Virus record (IMG/VR): IMGVR_UViG_3300032675_000001
Location: 1-64,000 of that record
Length of the DNA: 64,000 nucleotides
Reading direction: 5' to 3' (one strand)
This document shows positions 10,801-20,084 of this stretch, piece after piece (the stretch's first letter is position 1; the number at the start of each line of letters is the position of its first letter). The notes under the pieces are model-generated. The model did no database searches and was not told where the DNA came from. It was given only the letters and a program-made list of their open reading frames with translations. The position numbers were made by a program, and so were the translations under genes.

Positions 10801-11610
10801 GCCTACCAGACCATTAATGTTGTTATTAGGTGAAGACGGTACTGCTACCGTGCTTGATCCCCCACCACTTAAATTGATAGTGATTGTATCACCAGCATTG
10901 AGTGTTGGATTTGAGTTTGTACCAATAACAGTTGGAATAGAAGCTAACCATTGCTGACTTCCGATAGGCTGCCAAGTGTTGTTTGCAACTTTTTGGAAGA
11001 ACATAGGAGCATTTGATGCACTTGGGTAGTTATAATTTGGAATAGCTACTACCGCATATTGTCCGATGCTACCAATGCTGCTCAAAGGAACATTTCCTGA
11101 AACCTGAGTTGGATCAGTTATTACGATTGGTGTCTGAAGAGTGAACTGACCAGTTGTTGCGTTGAACTGATAAATGCCCCAAGTAGTATTAGTAGCGTCT
11201 AGCCAGTAAGTTCCACTTGCTGGGTTTCCAACTGGACGGCCAGTTGATCCAACTAGGCTTGCCAAGTCAATATCTGCTCTCAAGCAGTATACCTGATTGG
11301 TAATACCAAGTGCGGAATAAGCAGCAAGCAAACCATACTCATTCAATTCATATCCCTGAATTGGAGTTCCGTTAGTTGTAGTATAGAAGAATGGATTACC
11401 ATAAGTGTTAACCAAGTCCTGCTGACTAGTGATCAAATAAAGCTGACCAGCATTAGCAGCAGTAGTACCAGGTGCCACAGATGTTGAATTAGGTTGTGCT
11501 TTATTCTGTGCAGTAGCAAACAGAATAAATGGGACAGAGTTTGTTGGTGCTGGCAGATATTGAGACTGGTCAATAACTGTAACTGATACACCTGGAGATA
11601 CTAGTGTCAT
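7843..11610 (-). CDS. Contractile tail sheath protein (gp18-like), unusually long
   Basis: LVSPGVSVTVIDQS N-terminus; PWFAAAGTRRG, LYENNINP, RINVARL, FVFEPND, IEPVKAVEFIYI C-terminal sheath motifs. Confidence 0.95.
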   Translation of the reverse strand: MTLVSPGVSVTVIDQSQYLPAPTNSVPFILFATAQNKAQPNSTSVAPGTTAANAGQLYLITSQQDLVNTYGNPFFYTTTNGTPIQGYELNEYGLLAAYSALGITNQVYCLRADIDLASLVGSTGRPVGNPASGTYWLDATNTTWGIYQFNATTGQFTLQTPIVITDPTQVSGNVPLSSIGSIGQYAVVAIPNYNYPSASNAPMFFQKVANNTWQPIGSQQWLASIPTVIGTNSNPTLNAGDTITINLSGGGSSTVAVPSSPNNNINGLVGAINALNLTYLNAGSVGGKFQLFSHQTGGAFSNVSNPFYITVTGTNTLLAALGLNETTTVAATSVTSGNTYQIVSVGTTSWTSIGAGSNTVGTVFTATGTGTGTGTAVQILPSVTYYQPSATYGTSAQQPLWQAGQATPMPTGSVWFKVGSAGNGLNSVINQYNTATASWVPQSVSYATDDWSAIAALDSTGGQVIPAGSIYTQYWYDKDVRNGWTNAPLYYWERIATGPTVITGSNNAPSFGGTSYTASVFVSIPGSSSLSSAYTFSGTLTTATDFVTAWAAAGIPYTSASVTATGAIQLTHTQGGVIIVNDVSSSTGLSNGLMYDAGFIIATTQGVKEGPFAVVSYTPTQTSTTGVGSGLQINVTNYYQTYYVNPTSFGNAGSGYAVGDKVTFHGASLGGVNTTNDLVVTVESVNAGAVTAISYYSGTGAIAYSVQLSNWQEFTMEADTGAPYLAPANGTNWFYSVVDQVDIMVNTTTGWKGYRNVTYNSSGFPLPSGTPATDPNGPIVSATMPTTQYAGTPLQYGDLWIDTSDLVNYPIIYRWELSGPIGNQTAQWVLINNTDDISSSGIIFQDARWATNGTTNPATDAIPTIQSLLTSNYLDLDAPSSSLYPVGMLLFNTRRSGYNVKQYNSSYFNTTNFPGQSSYPAQTAAWVTASGNMSNGAPYMGSQAQRAMVVKALAATINTNTAILDEDTFFNLIACPNYPELQPDMVTLNDNRGQTGFIVGDTPMTLPADATSLVNWATNAAGADTTGLQGCVTRDTYMGLFYPSGTTTDLSGNIVAVPPSHMMIRTFLRNDNIAYPWFAAAGTRRGVIDNATSIGYIDQTTGNFVSIKTSLGIRDTLYENNINPLVFFTGQGLLCYGNISSYESNSSLDRINVARLVAYLRRQLTIAARPFVFEPNDAITRSQITGVVQSLLVNLVATRGIYDYLVVCDLSNNTPTTIDQNELWVDVAIEPVKAVEFIYIPVRLLATGTLGNNNG

Positions 11611-11749
11611 ATTCTTTTTTCCTTTTGTATGATTATAAGGTCTACCACCTGACCTAAAGTGTTAATCTAGGTTTCTAAATGTATTTACCAATATTTATGA
11701 TTTTTTGCTTATTAAGGTGGCCTCCGAAGGGTTTTTTGATAAGTAAAAG

Positions 11750-12094
11750 ATGAAACGACCAATATGCACTATTTGTAACAAGAATCATTGTGCTGTAAAC
11801 TATAGGCGTGACAACATCACTCACTATAGGAGTATCTGTGACGGTTGCAGAAAATCAAAATCCAAATCCAGACTTCGATTTTATTTGTGGGAGAAAGCTG
11901 GATACACAAAAAAACCCACATGTGACCTATGTGGGTTTAAGAGTGCCTATCCTAGTCAGATGACCGTGTTTCATATTGATGGTGATTTAAATAATGTATC
12001 TTTCACCAATCTCAGAAGCATATGTTTAAATTGTGTGGAGGTAGTCAAACGAAAAGCCGTCAATTGGAAAAGAGGGGATTTGATCCCAGATTGA
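11750..12094 (+). CDS. Small Cys-rich zinc-binding protein with HNH-like motif
   Basis: Several CxxC pairs plus FHIDGDLNN...NLRSICLNC. Confidence 0.7.
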   Translation: MKRPICTICNKNHCAVNYRRDNITHYRSICDGCRKSKSKSRLRFYLWEKAGYTKKPTCDLCGFKSAYPSQMTVFHIDGDLNNVSFTNLRSICLNCVEVVKRKAVNWKRGDLIPD

Positions 12095-12245
12095 TAAATA
12101 AAAAAGAAGAAATTCACAATTGGGTGAAAAGAGTGTTAGGTACGGTAAAAAGGACCCTGTATTTGAATGCCCACATTGTCATAAGAATGTAGCGGGCATG
12201 GGCAACTTCAAACGTTGGCATAATTCAAATTGTAGATTGGCGTAA
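12093..12245 (+). pseudogene. Relic of a homing-endonuclease cassette (late promoter plus C-terminal NUMOD3-like and zinc-finger segment)
   Basis: GATAAATAAAAAAG, then an open frame ...LGEKSVRYGKKDPVFECPHCHKNVAGMGNFKRWHNSNCRLA* that matches the C-termini of the intact cassettes; no nuclease domain. Confidence 0.7.
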
Positions 12246-12869
12246 AATACTCTCAATTTGTTCGTGCAACTCTGTTACCGTCTTATTGTTATCTAAGTGA
12301 TAATCGTAGTCAAGACCAACGCTTGAATATTCACTAGCATGGATACCTAAATCCTGCTCAAGTTGATTCTTGTAGATGTCTTTTAGATTGAGATTGGTAG
12401 TTTGATTGTATTGGGTAGCCATATGAATCCACTCTGGTTGTTCCCCACGATGAGTTCGCATAGTGATGCCACCCGCGTTTTTAATAGCATTGAGTTCGTT
12501 AGGGAAACGACAGTCAGTGATTACTATATCTTCCTTAGTATTACGAAGCTTGTTCTGTACTGATGCAATCCAGATATCATCATGGAATGACCTGCGGGCA
12601 ACTTCTGTTCCCCACTGCTGTAGAACCCAACGAGGAGTTAGATTGGGAAGGTTGAGTCTTGCCGCCCACCATTCATCAACTTGTTCTCGCCATTCCCGGC
12701 TTGCCTTTGTTGATCCTTCAAGTAGTTCTCTATCCCAACTGAATATCGCAGCAACAGCATCCTTAAGAGATGCTGCAAAGCTCATACGCTTGAAACCGTG
12801 AAATGTGCAGAGATAGTCTGCGGCAGTATCTTTGCCGCTTCCGATAAGTCCAGTAATGCCAATAATCAT
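12225..12869 (-). CDS. Deoxynucleoside monophosphate kinase (T4 gp1-like)
   Basis: IIGITGLIGSGKDT P-loop, SFAASLKD, PRWVLQQWGTE, ITDCRFPNE. Confidence 0.92.
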   Translation of the reverse strand: MIIGITGLIGSGKDTAADYLCTFHGFKRMSFAASLKDAVAAIFSWDRELLEGSTKASREWREQVDEWWAARLNLPNLTPRWVLQQWGTEVARRSFHDDIWIASVQNKLRNTKEDIVITDCRFPNELNAIKNAGGITMRTHRGEQPEWIHMATQYNQTTNLNLKDIYKNQLEQDLGIHASEYSSVGLDYDYHLDNNKTVTELHEQIESILRQSTI

Positions 12870-12875
12870 TTTTGT

Positions 12876-12904
12876 AATATACTATAAAGTTAGAGGAATG
12901 TCAA
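12876..12904 (-). promoter_or_regulatory. Sigma70-type promoter for the dNMP kinase
   Basis: TTGACA-N17-TATATT on the minus strand. Confidence 0.75.
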
Positions 12905-12911
12905 GAATTAA

Positions 12912-13697
12912 TTAGCCCTGAATCCAAGTTAGTGGCTGGCTGTAGTCCACATAGTTCTTGAGGTCATTGATCAAACGCTCTTGCTCAGCTTTGGCTTCAT
13001 TCTTCATAGCAGTACCGTTAAGAGTAGTGCCTCCACCGGGACCAACAACACTTCCATACTTTTCACGTGCTTCACCAATGATCATCTTGCACTGAGCAAG
13101 CATGAAGTCACCAATCCAGATGCCAGCACCGGGGTCTTGAAGAAGTTCCCATTCTGAGCGTTGAATGTCAGCCCAAATAAGAATGCGTTCACCAGTGCCC
13201 TTGAAGTCACGAGTGATCTTCAATGCCTTTGTTACAGGATTGAAAGTATAAGTGAGATAGCCACCAAACATACGAGCGGCAAGTTCAACATAACCTGCGT
13301 AGAAGTCATATGTTGCCATACCACCGGTATAGTTATAGTTCAACAGGTAAGTGTTGAGAATGGCACTTGAAAAAGGGTCAAATGAAGATGATGATGGACC
13401 GGTTTCAAGACCTACTGTTCGTCTGAATAGTGAACGAACGTTGATAAACTCTGATGGCAAAGTGTATGTGTCAACGTTCTTTACAACCGTCATAAGAGTG
13501 TATGACTCTACGGTGGCATTCTGCGCTCGTTGACGATAAACCTTGATCGTATAGTTGTAAGCAGCCTCATAGTGCTGTGGATCAAGTTCAAGGTCAATGA
13601 TATCACCGCCTAAACGAAGACGGATGTTTTCAAAAAATGCGTCTTTTATTTGGTCAAGATCAAGACCAGTTGGTGTTGATAGAATGCTTGCAGTCAT
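12912..13697 (-). CDS. Neck protein (gp13-like)
   Basis: IRLRLGGDIIDLELDPQH, GEAREKY, GPGGGTTLNG. Confidence 0.85.
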   Translation of the reverse strand: MTASILSTPTGLDLDQIKDAFFENIRLRLGGDIIDLELDPQHYEAAYNYTIKVYRQRAQNATVESYTLMTVVKNVDTYTLPSEFINVRSLFRRTVGLETGPSSSSFDPFSSAILNTYLLNYNYTGGMATYDFYAGYVELAARMFGGYLTYTFNPVTKALKITRDFKGTGERILIWADIQRSEWELLQDPGAGIWIGDFMLAQCKMIIGEAREKYGSVVGPGGGTTLNGTAMKNEAKAEQERLINDLKNYVDYSQPLTWIQG

Positions 13698-13735
13698 AGT
13701 CGTTTCCTCATAATGTTATTTATCAGGAAACGACT
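13698..13735 (-). promoter_or_regulatory. Late promoter inside an SD-sequestering hairpin
   Basis: Minus strand AGTCGTTTCCT-GATAAATA-acattatg-AGGAAACGACT-ATG. Confidence 0.75.
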
Positions 13736-13934
13736 GACCTTTGTTCTCTTTATAAATGGTAGTGGCTAGAGAGATCATTTCTTGATCTTCTTTCGGGTAC
13801 ATCCATAGGTGGTGACTGCACCAAAAGCCACATTTGGGGCAGAGCCAATCTCCCTGACATCCGGGTTTCTCTTTGTTAGGGTGGTATTCTGCAATCAATT
13901 CGCAGTTTTCGCATACAGGAGGTCCTAGTCCCAA
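13716..13934 (-). CDS. Small zinc-ribbon protein
   Basis: CENC...CPKCG; overlaps the upstream ORF. Confidence 0.55.
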   Translation of the reverse strand: MGLGPPVCENCELIAEYHPNKEKPGCQGDWLCPKCGFWCSHHLWMYPKEDQEMISLATTIYKENKGQSFPDK

Positions 13935-14155
13935 AGAAACGAATCCTCAGGCTTATGACGTTCCATCTTGCGAATGAGTGCTTCCAGACGATCCATGACT
14001 TCATCCGTCAATCCTTCACGTTCAATGGTTGCAACTTCTTTATCAATCGCAATAAGTTCGTTTCTGATGTCAGCACGACCGATATCATATCGGTTGTCAT
14101 GAAACCACTTCATCCTCTTAGAGAGTGACGCTATCCTGCTGACACGATCAGTCAT
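13925..14155 (-). CDS. Hypothetical protein
   Basis: 76 aa, TAATG-coupled within the operon. Confidence 0.55.
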   Translation of the reverse strand: MTDRVSRIASLSKRMKWFHDNRYDIGRADIRNELIAIDKEVATIEREGLTDEVMDRLEALIRKMERHKPEDSFLWD

Positions 14156-14334
14156 TACAAATCGCCGTCTTCTTTAAGGTAATGATCAATATATGCTACA
14201 AGGAATGCCCGTTGCATAGACATGATAACATCAATTGCGCCTTCCTTACCGAAAGTTTCAATAAATCCCGGAAGGCTGCTCTTTTCAAGAACAAACGTTT
14301 CAAACACGCTTTCTGTCTGCGGTTGGCCTGCCAT
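14155..14334 (-). CDS. Small hypothetical protein (59 aa, below the ORF-track cutoff)
   Basis: MAGQPQTESVFETF...KEDGDL*; TAATG-coupled at both ends. Confidence 0.55.
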   Translation of the reverse strand: MAGQPQTESVFETFVLEKSSLPGFIETFGKEGAIDVIMSMQRAFLVAYIDHYLKEDGDL

Positions 14335-14747
14335 TACAGGTCGCCTTCTTTGCGGTTTTCAGAATAGTGAGCATCAAACTTGCCACCAGGATAGCGAGCT
14401 TCCAGCTTATTCACGTTCTCTGCGATCACTTCGTTGGGATCAAGCCCAAGTGCATTACATGCATTGGTCCAATACCAAATGATATCTCCGAGTTCACGCT
14501 TCATGTGAAAAATGGTATCCTCGTTCAGTGGCTTGCCCTGAAAGAAAACCTTCTTCACGATTTCTTCAAATTCGCCACCTTCGCTACCAAGACCGATGCC
14601 AGCCGTAAGAAGCAATGGGATATTAACATTGCTGTTATTGTGCAGTCTGCGAATGTGCTCCACGAAAGTCACTACATCCTTGCTCGTGTCACTGCACACT
14701 GCGAGGACAAATTCACCGTACTTGTTTAGATCAATCTGATTAGACAT
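14334..14747 (-). CDS. mazG: MazG-like nucleotide pyrophosphohydrolase
   Basis: GLGSEGGEFEEIVKK...RELGDIIWY...NVNKLEARYP. Confidence 0.9.
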   Translation of the reverse strand: MSNQIDLNKYGEFVLAVCSDTSKDVVTFVEHIRRLHNNSNVNIPLLLTAGIGLGSEGGEFEEIVKKVFFQGKPLNEDTIFHMKRELGDIIWYWTNACNALGLDPNEVIAENVNKLEARYPGGKFDAHYSENRKEGDL

Positions 14748-14759
14748 TATTTTTCCTTA

Positions 14760-15995
14760 TTAAAATGCTTTGAGAATAACCATTGACTCGTTGAAACGAC
14801 CGTTTGGAATCGTTGCAACAGCCTTGATGTCATTAAAAAACTTGCGGGCAGCAGGTTTACTACCCATGACTTCTTTTATCTGTTCTGCCGGTTTGCGAAG
14901 TGTTTTTACGCCACTTTCTTTTTTGTCAAACCCAAGCAATGTGTTGCCTTTGATAGTCAAGCACTGGCTATAGCTATCAGCAACGTAGTGATGCAGCTTG
15001 CGCTTTGCAGTGTCATACACCCAAGCTTCCTGACAGTTATGAAGTTTTGTTGGAGAAACGCTTGTCAAGTTAAGTTTAAGCGTAGGATCGTTGAAGACTT
15101 TGAGATACTTCAACTTGGATACAATCTTCTCAACAGGAACAGCCTTTTTTGGGCGAGCAACGCGAGTTGCCTGCTTGATTGCAATATATGCATTCAGGTC
15201 ATCAATGATCTGAGTAGCAAACTTGATCTTATTGTTGATCTGAGTGCGGGTATATCGTGAATAGGACTCTTTCAAGTCGGTATCTTTACCCAGCTTTGCG
15301 CCTTCATATTCAGCCTTGACGTTTTCCCAATACTTAATATACCCACCAAGGTGTTGTGGAAGAACCTTCTGCTCATTGAGAAATCCCAAGACTTTATCCC
15401 GAGTTGGAAAATCCTTGGGGCACCCAGCATTAATAAACTCATCAGTGAGACCTTCAATCTCACCGCAAGCTTCGCTGGCGCGCTCCCTCATCAGTTCTTG
15501 AATATTCACACGGCTAACAGGTTTTGGAGTTTCTTCTTTTTCCTGAATGACTTGTACTGAAGAATTTATGGCGCGGTCAATCATTTCCCTAAGATAAACA
15601 TCCAAGGGTTTAAGTTCTCCGACCGTTCCGGGAAGAGTCTTCCAATGTTCTGCCTCAGCTTTATTGAAGATCGGACAGCCAGTGTGAATCATCTTGCAGA
15701 TGATGGCTGGCCAAACACTAATGCTATTCCAACCAGAAGCCGCCTTAGCCTTCTTGATGTCAGCAGCAGAATACTTGTTTTCCTTCATCCACAACCAAAC
15801 CTCAGGAAGCAAATCTGCTTCCTGATAGTTTTCATAGTAGAAGTACTTTGCATCGTGCTTAAATTTACTAAACTGTGCACCAGTCCACTTTTCCCAACCG
15901 GTAAAGTCTGGACCAGTCATCTTTTTTCCACGACGAACCGTAGGTGCGGCTCGTGTAGTCTTTTTTGTCTTAATAAGTGAGGGGCGTTTAGCCAT
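14760..15995 (-). CDS. Basic hypothetical protein (411 aa)
   Basis: Long ORF with SD GGAGA and an upstream promoter. Confidence 0.7.
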   Translation of the reverse strand: MAKRPSLIKTKKTTRAAPTVRRGKKMTGPDFTGWEKWTGAQFSKFKHDAKYFYYENYQEADLLPEVWLWMKENKYSAADIKKAKAASGWNSISVWPAIICKMIHTGCPIFNKAEAEHWKTLPGTVGELKPLDVYLREMIDRAINSSVQVIQEKEETPKPVSRVNIQELMRERASEACGEIEGLTDEFINAGCPKDFPTRDKVLGFLNEQKVLPQHLGGYIKYWENVKAEYEGAKLGKDTDLKESYSRYTRTQINNKIKFATQIIDDLNAYIAIKQATRVARPKKAVPVEKIVSKLKYLKVFNDPTLKLNLTSVSPTKLHNCQEAWVYDTAKRKLHHYVADSYSQCLTIKGNTLLGFDKKESGVKTLRKPAEQIKEVMGSKPAARKFFNDIKAVATIPNGRFNESMVILKAF

Positions 15996-16016
15996 TAGTA
16001 TCTCCGTTTGAAGTTA

Positions 16017-16045
16017 CTTATACTCGCAAGTCGGAATAATGTCAA
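16017..16045 (-). promoter_or_regulatory. Sigma70-type promoter
   Basis: TTGACA-N17-TATAAG. Confidence 0.75.
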
Positions 16046-16062
16046 TAACTTTCGTGAAGACG

Positions 16063-16431
16063 CTAAACGATCTTGATTTTACGATTCTTGTTTTGGTTGG
16101 TGAACAAGCAGACACCCTTCTTGCGAGTTATGTCAGCAGCAGCTTGAGGACTGTTATCCCACCAATCCCATAGATTGTGTTCCGTCATGCTTTCATCACA
16201 ATCCATAGCGTAAATCTCGTAGCTACGCTCTGTATTGAAGCGGGCACGGATTGTAATGGCACTAAGAAGGTCATCGAGCGGGTTCTTACCTGTAGGTTCT
16301 CCTTTAAGGATATTCCACATGTCCTGCTTGCTTTGATCTTCATATTTTGTGATCGGCACGATAGCTTCGATGCCGTGACAACTCCACATAAAGAGGTAAG
16401 CGTTAGTAGTCATCTTTATCAAAACTCCCAA
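16063..16431 (-). CDS. Hypothetical protein
   Basis: 122 aa ORF in an early-gene cluster. Confidence 0.55.
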   Translation of the reverse strand: MGVLIKMTTNAYLFMWSCHGIEAIVPITKYEDQSKQDMWNILKGEPTGKNPLDDLLSAITIRARFNTERSYEIYAMDCDESMTEHNLWDWWDNSPQAAADITRKKGVCLFTNQNKNRKIKIV

Positions 16432-16637
16432 ATCTTGACGCCACGACGAAGAAGTTCTTTGGCGATCAGTTTTTCCGTTTGTTCAACTTGCTTAACGAGT
16501 CTTTCACTCAGCTTCTCACGATTACATTCGGAGAGAAAAAAGAGTGTCGCTTCAAGGTCATCGGTTGCCTGAAAACGAATCGTGATAGGGGCAAACAGTT
16601 GACGGATATTCATATTCAAACTCCAATGCAGAGACAA
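16419..16637 (-). CDS. Hypothetical protein
   Basis: Short ORF; real start is probably MNIRQ after SD GGAG. Confidence 0.45.
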   Translation of the reverse strand: MSLHWSLNMNIRQLFAPITIRFQATDDLEATLFFLSECNREKLSERLVKQVEQTEKLIAKELLRRGVKIWEF

Positions 16638-16664
16638 TCTATATACATGAACCGCAACACAGTG

Positions 16665-16853
16665 TCAATCTATTTTTTTGCAAAAATACTGAACCTCAAT
16701 GAACTCATTGTTTTCAACGAGATATTTGTATCTGTCACCTTGCGCTTTGCATTCTTCCATAGATTCTTGTTCTATGGCTTCGCTCCATGCGAGTTTAACT
16801 TTATGGGTACTCGGGTCCATATAGTACACAAGTATAAACAGCAAAACCTTCAT
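16665..16853 (-). CDS. Small hypothetical protein with hydrophobic N-terminus
   Basis: 62 aa, SD GAAGG. Confidence 0.45.
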   Translation of the reverse strand: MKVLLFILVYYMDPSTHKVKLAWSEAIEQESMEECKAQGDRYKYLVENNEFIEVQYFCKKID

Positions 16854-16975
16854 ACCAAACTACCTTCGTCATAACCATAACATATCCATAAGGAAAATGG
16901 TTAATTTTCATTAAACATTGCTCCCCGTATCAGAAACACCGGCCCATGTCAATCTATTTTTTGATAAATAAGTGT

Positions 16976-18697
16976 ATGCCACGTTTATCACTCTGGAAAC
17001 CCAATAAGCAAAATGATTATCGTTTCTTTGACAGAACGATATCAGAACAATTAACTGTGGGAGGCACAGACCTGTATATCCACAAGTATGCTGGTGTCTC
17101 CAATCAGGGACCATCTATTGACGCCACCCAGCCTCAGTATCTGGAACCAAGTCCAACACAGATTCAAGATTTGCTGTTTTTAGAAAACCGTGATAGAATC
17201 TACGATCCAAACATCTATCGTCTTCGTGGTCACTACTCTGTTCAGAACCTTGACTTTGATCTCAGTCAGTTCGGTTTGTTCCTAAACAACGACATCATTT
17301 TTATCACTGTTCATTACAATGACATGATTGATATCATTGGGAGAAAGTTGATGGTAGGGGACGTTCTTGAACTCCCACATCTTATTGACTACAACCCATT
17401 AGACGAAACCATTCCAGTTGCACTGAAGCGTTTTATGCAAATCACTGATGCCAACTTCGCAAGTGAGGGATTTTCACAGACTTGGTTCCCGCATTTATGG
17501 CGCATTAAATGTGAACCTCTCGTCAATTCCGAAGAGTTTGCTGATATTCTTAATCAACCTATTCAACAAGACAACTATTTGGGTGATTTTGATCCATCTA
17601 AAACTTATCCTCAAGGATACACTGTGACGTATGCCGGAACCATTTACCAATCAACAGGTCCTGTTCCTGCAGGCATTACGCCACCAAATGCAGCATATTG
17701 GTCTGTTGTGCCTAATGGTAGCCTTTCTGATATTCTGTCCACCTATAACAAAAACATTGCAATCAATGACGCTAATCTTCAAGAAGCAGAACGCTTGTTA
17801 CCTAAATCAGGCTATGATAACAGCAATCTTTATGTAGTTCCAACTTACGGTGCATATCAATCGGATGGTACATTATCGGATCATCCCAATGAACCGGCAC
17901 CACCTATTGATATTATCATTAATACTACTAACACTCAGCCCATTGTAACAGGAAACGTTGTTATGATTCGCGATCCTAGATATCGTGTCCCGAGTGCTGG
18001 CATCAAGATTTCCAAAGAAGCATTACAGAGTATTTGGGACATGACGGTGGATGCTGAAGGATTATCTGACAAGATTGACAAGTTTGTTGCGGCAAATTTA
18101 TCGGTTATTGAAGTTGCACCTGAAAAAACCGCTGGTGGCTCCGGATCAGTGGAAACAACTAAACTGTTGGCTGTACAGTCATTAGGAATGGCCACAGGCC
18201 CATATGGTACTGCCGATAATACATATGCAACTGCCGATCAAGACCCTACTGCGGCTGGATTTACGGGTGACATAACCCAGCAAATGGACTATCGTGCAGA
18301 CTGTGATCCTGCTTACCAATACATTGCTCGTGCTACCCCACGATCATTTGGATATGCTGCTGGTTATCTTACCGGAGATGGTCAAGCACCAGATGGATTC
18401 CCAGTTGCTGCTGGAATTGCATTTCCTCAAAACCCACAAGTTGGTGATTATTTCTTGCGTATTGATTATCTACCACAATTGCTATTTCGTTGGGACGGAA
18501 CATTATGGGTAAGAATATCTGAAAACGTAAGAACTCAGACAGGCTTTGCCGATACGTCCAATCAGTCACAACTTTCATCATTTATTAATAACGACAATCA
18601 AATTTATGTAAATAACGATAATGCATTTGTACCTGAAAAGCAAGGTCTATCAACGATATTAAGAATTGCTCCAGATACACTTCCACCAGAAGATTGA
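16976..18697 (+). CDS. Neck/head-tail protein (gp14-like) with extra domains
   Basis: Start MPRLSLW after GATAAATA; FDLSQFGLFL, GDVLELPHL; next to the gp15-like gene; internal CBM5/12-like segment. Confidence 0.75.
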   Translation: MPRLSLWKPNKQNDYRFFDRTISEQLTVGGTDLYIHKYAGVSNQGPSIDATQPQYLEPSPTQIQDLLFLENRDRIYDPNIYRLRGHYSVQNLDFDLSQFGLFLNNDIIFITVHYNDMIDIIGRKLMVGDVLELPHLIDYNPLDETIPVALKRFMQITDANFASEGFSQTWFPHLWRIKCEPLVNSEEFADILNQPIQQDNYLGDFDPSKTYPQGYTVTYAGTIYQSTGPVPAGITPPNAAYWSVVPNGSLSDILSTYNKNIAINDANLQEAERLLPKSGYDNSNLYVVPTYGAYQSDGTLSDHPNEPAPPIDIIINTTNTQPIVTGNVVMIRDPRYRVPSAGIKISKEALQSIWDMTVDAEGLSDKIDKFVAANLSVIEVAPEKTAGGSGSVETTKLLAVQSLGMATGPYGTADNTYATADQDPTAAGFTGDITQQMDYRADCDPAYQYIARATPRSFGYAAGYLTGDGQAPDGFPVAAGIAFPQNPQVGDYFLRIDYLPQLLFRWDGTLWVRISENVRTQTGFADTSNQSQLSSFINNDNQIYVNNDNAFVPEKQGLSTILRIAPDTLPPED

Positions 18698-18707
18698 GAG
18701 ATAATAC

Positions 18708-20084
18708 GTGGCTGAATTTTTTTATGACGAACAGATTAGACGTTACCTTATACAGTTCGGTAAGATTTTTAGTTCTTGGAATGTAACAAAGGGAAACGAT
18801 CCTCAGGGTAATCCTATTATTGTTCGTGTTCCTATTATGTATGGGGATCAAAGTAGACAAGCAGCGACTATTATTGCCAATAACTCTGCTAGCAATCTCC
18901 CGAGTGCACCGATGATTACATATTATATCAGCGGTGTTGAGTATAACCAAAAATGGGCTACCGATCCTACTTTTATTGATAAACTCAACGTAAGACAGCG
19001 TACATATAATAGTGAAACTCAGTCCTACGAGACTACACAAGCTCAAGCATTTACTATTGAGCGACAAATGCCTGTTCCATATACTCTTCGTATCACTGTT
19101 GATTTTTGGACCACAAACTATAACCAAAAGTTGCAACTATTGGAACAGCTTGGAACACTGTTTAATCCTGCTCTTGAAATTCAAAGCACTGATAACTTTG
19201 TTGACTGGACTTCTTTGTCATCTGTATTCCAAGACGGATTGAATTTTAGTAGTAAAACTATTCCTGTTGGTGGTAACAACCCAATTGATATTATGACTTG
19301 GAAGTTTTATATGCCTATTTGGCTATCAACTCCTGCTAAGTTAAAGAAACTTGGGGTTGTAGAAAAAATCATTGCCTCAATATATCAGGGAACCGCGTTA
19401 CAAGATGTGCAAAACGAAGATTTACTGCTAGGGACGAGACAAAAGATTACCCCATATGGCTACCAAGTGTTGCTTCTTGGAAATCAACTACAGTTGCTTC
19501 CACAAAATGCAGCCCCGTATCCACCAAATGATCAGTTTGCATTACCAAGCAATCCAAATACCGATCTATATTGGACATCATTCTTGAACGTATATGGAGC
19601 AATCAGACCGGGGATTTCTCAGATTTGGCTACAGAATCCATATATGACAACTGATATAGTTGGAACTATAGTTCTTAATCCAACTGATGATAGATTTTTA
19701 ATCTATAATATTGATCCAAATACTTTGCCACAAAACACTCTTGATCCTGTGGACAGTATCATTAATCCATTAGTAACTGGACCTAACGCTGGATTGCCCG
19801 GTCCTACACCAAATAAAAGATATCTGATAGTAGAGGATATCGGGAGCGATGGTGATACTACAGTTGCTTGGGGTGGACTAGTTGCCAATGCTAATGATAT
19901 TATTCAGTATAACGCGACAACAAATAAATGGTTTGTTGCATTTAATGCTGAAGGTTCAAGCGAGGTTGAATTTGTTACCAATATGACAACAGGAGTTCAA
20001 TACCGATATGATACTGATCAAAACATATGGGTAAAATCATACGAAGGCTTTTATGAAGCTGGGAATTTCAGTATCGTTATATGA
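18708..20084 (+). CDS. Tail sheath stabiliser/terminator (gp15-like)
   Basis: FFYDEQIRRYLIQFGKIFS, RVPIMYG, MPVPY, LLEQLGTLFNP. Confidence 0.88.
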   Translation: MAEFFYDEQIRRYLIQFGKIFSSWNVTKGNDPQGNPIIVRVPIMYGDQSRQAATIIANNSASNLPSAPMITYYISGVEYNQKWATDPTFIDKLNVRQRTYNSETQSYETTQAQAFTIERQMPVPYTLRITVDFWTTNYNQKLQLLEQLGTLFNPALEIQSTDNFVDWTSLSSVFQDGLNFSSKTIPVGGNNPIDIMTWKFYMPIWLSTPAKLKKLGVVEKIIASIYQGTALQDVQNEDLLLGTRQKITPYGYQVLLLGNQLQLLPQNAAPYPPNDQFALPSNPNTDLYWTSFLNVYGAIRPGISQIWLQNPYMTTDIVGTIVLNPTDDRFLIYNIDPNTLPQNTLDPVDSIINPLVTGPNAGLPGPTPNKRYLIVEDIGSDGDTTVAWGGLVANANDIIQYNATTNKWFVAFNAEGSSEVEFVTNMTTGVQYRYDTDQNIWVKSYEGFYEAGNFSIVI

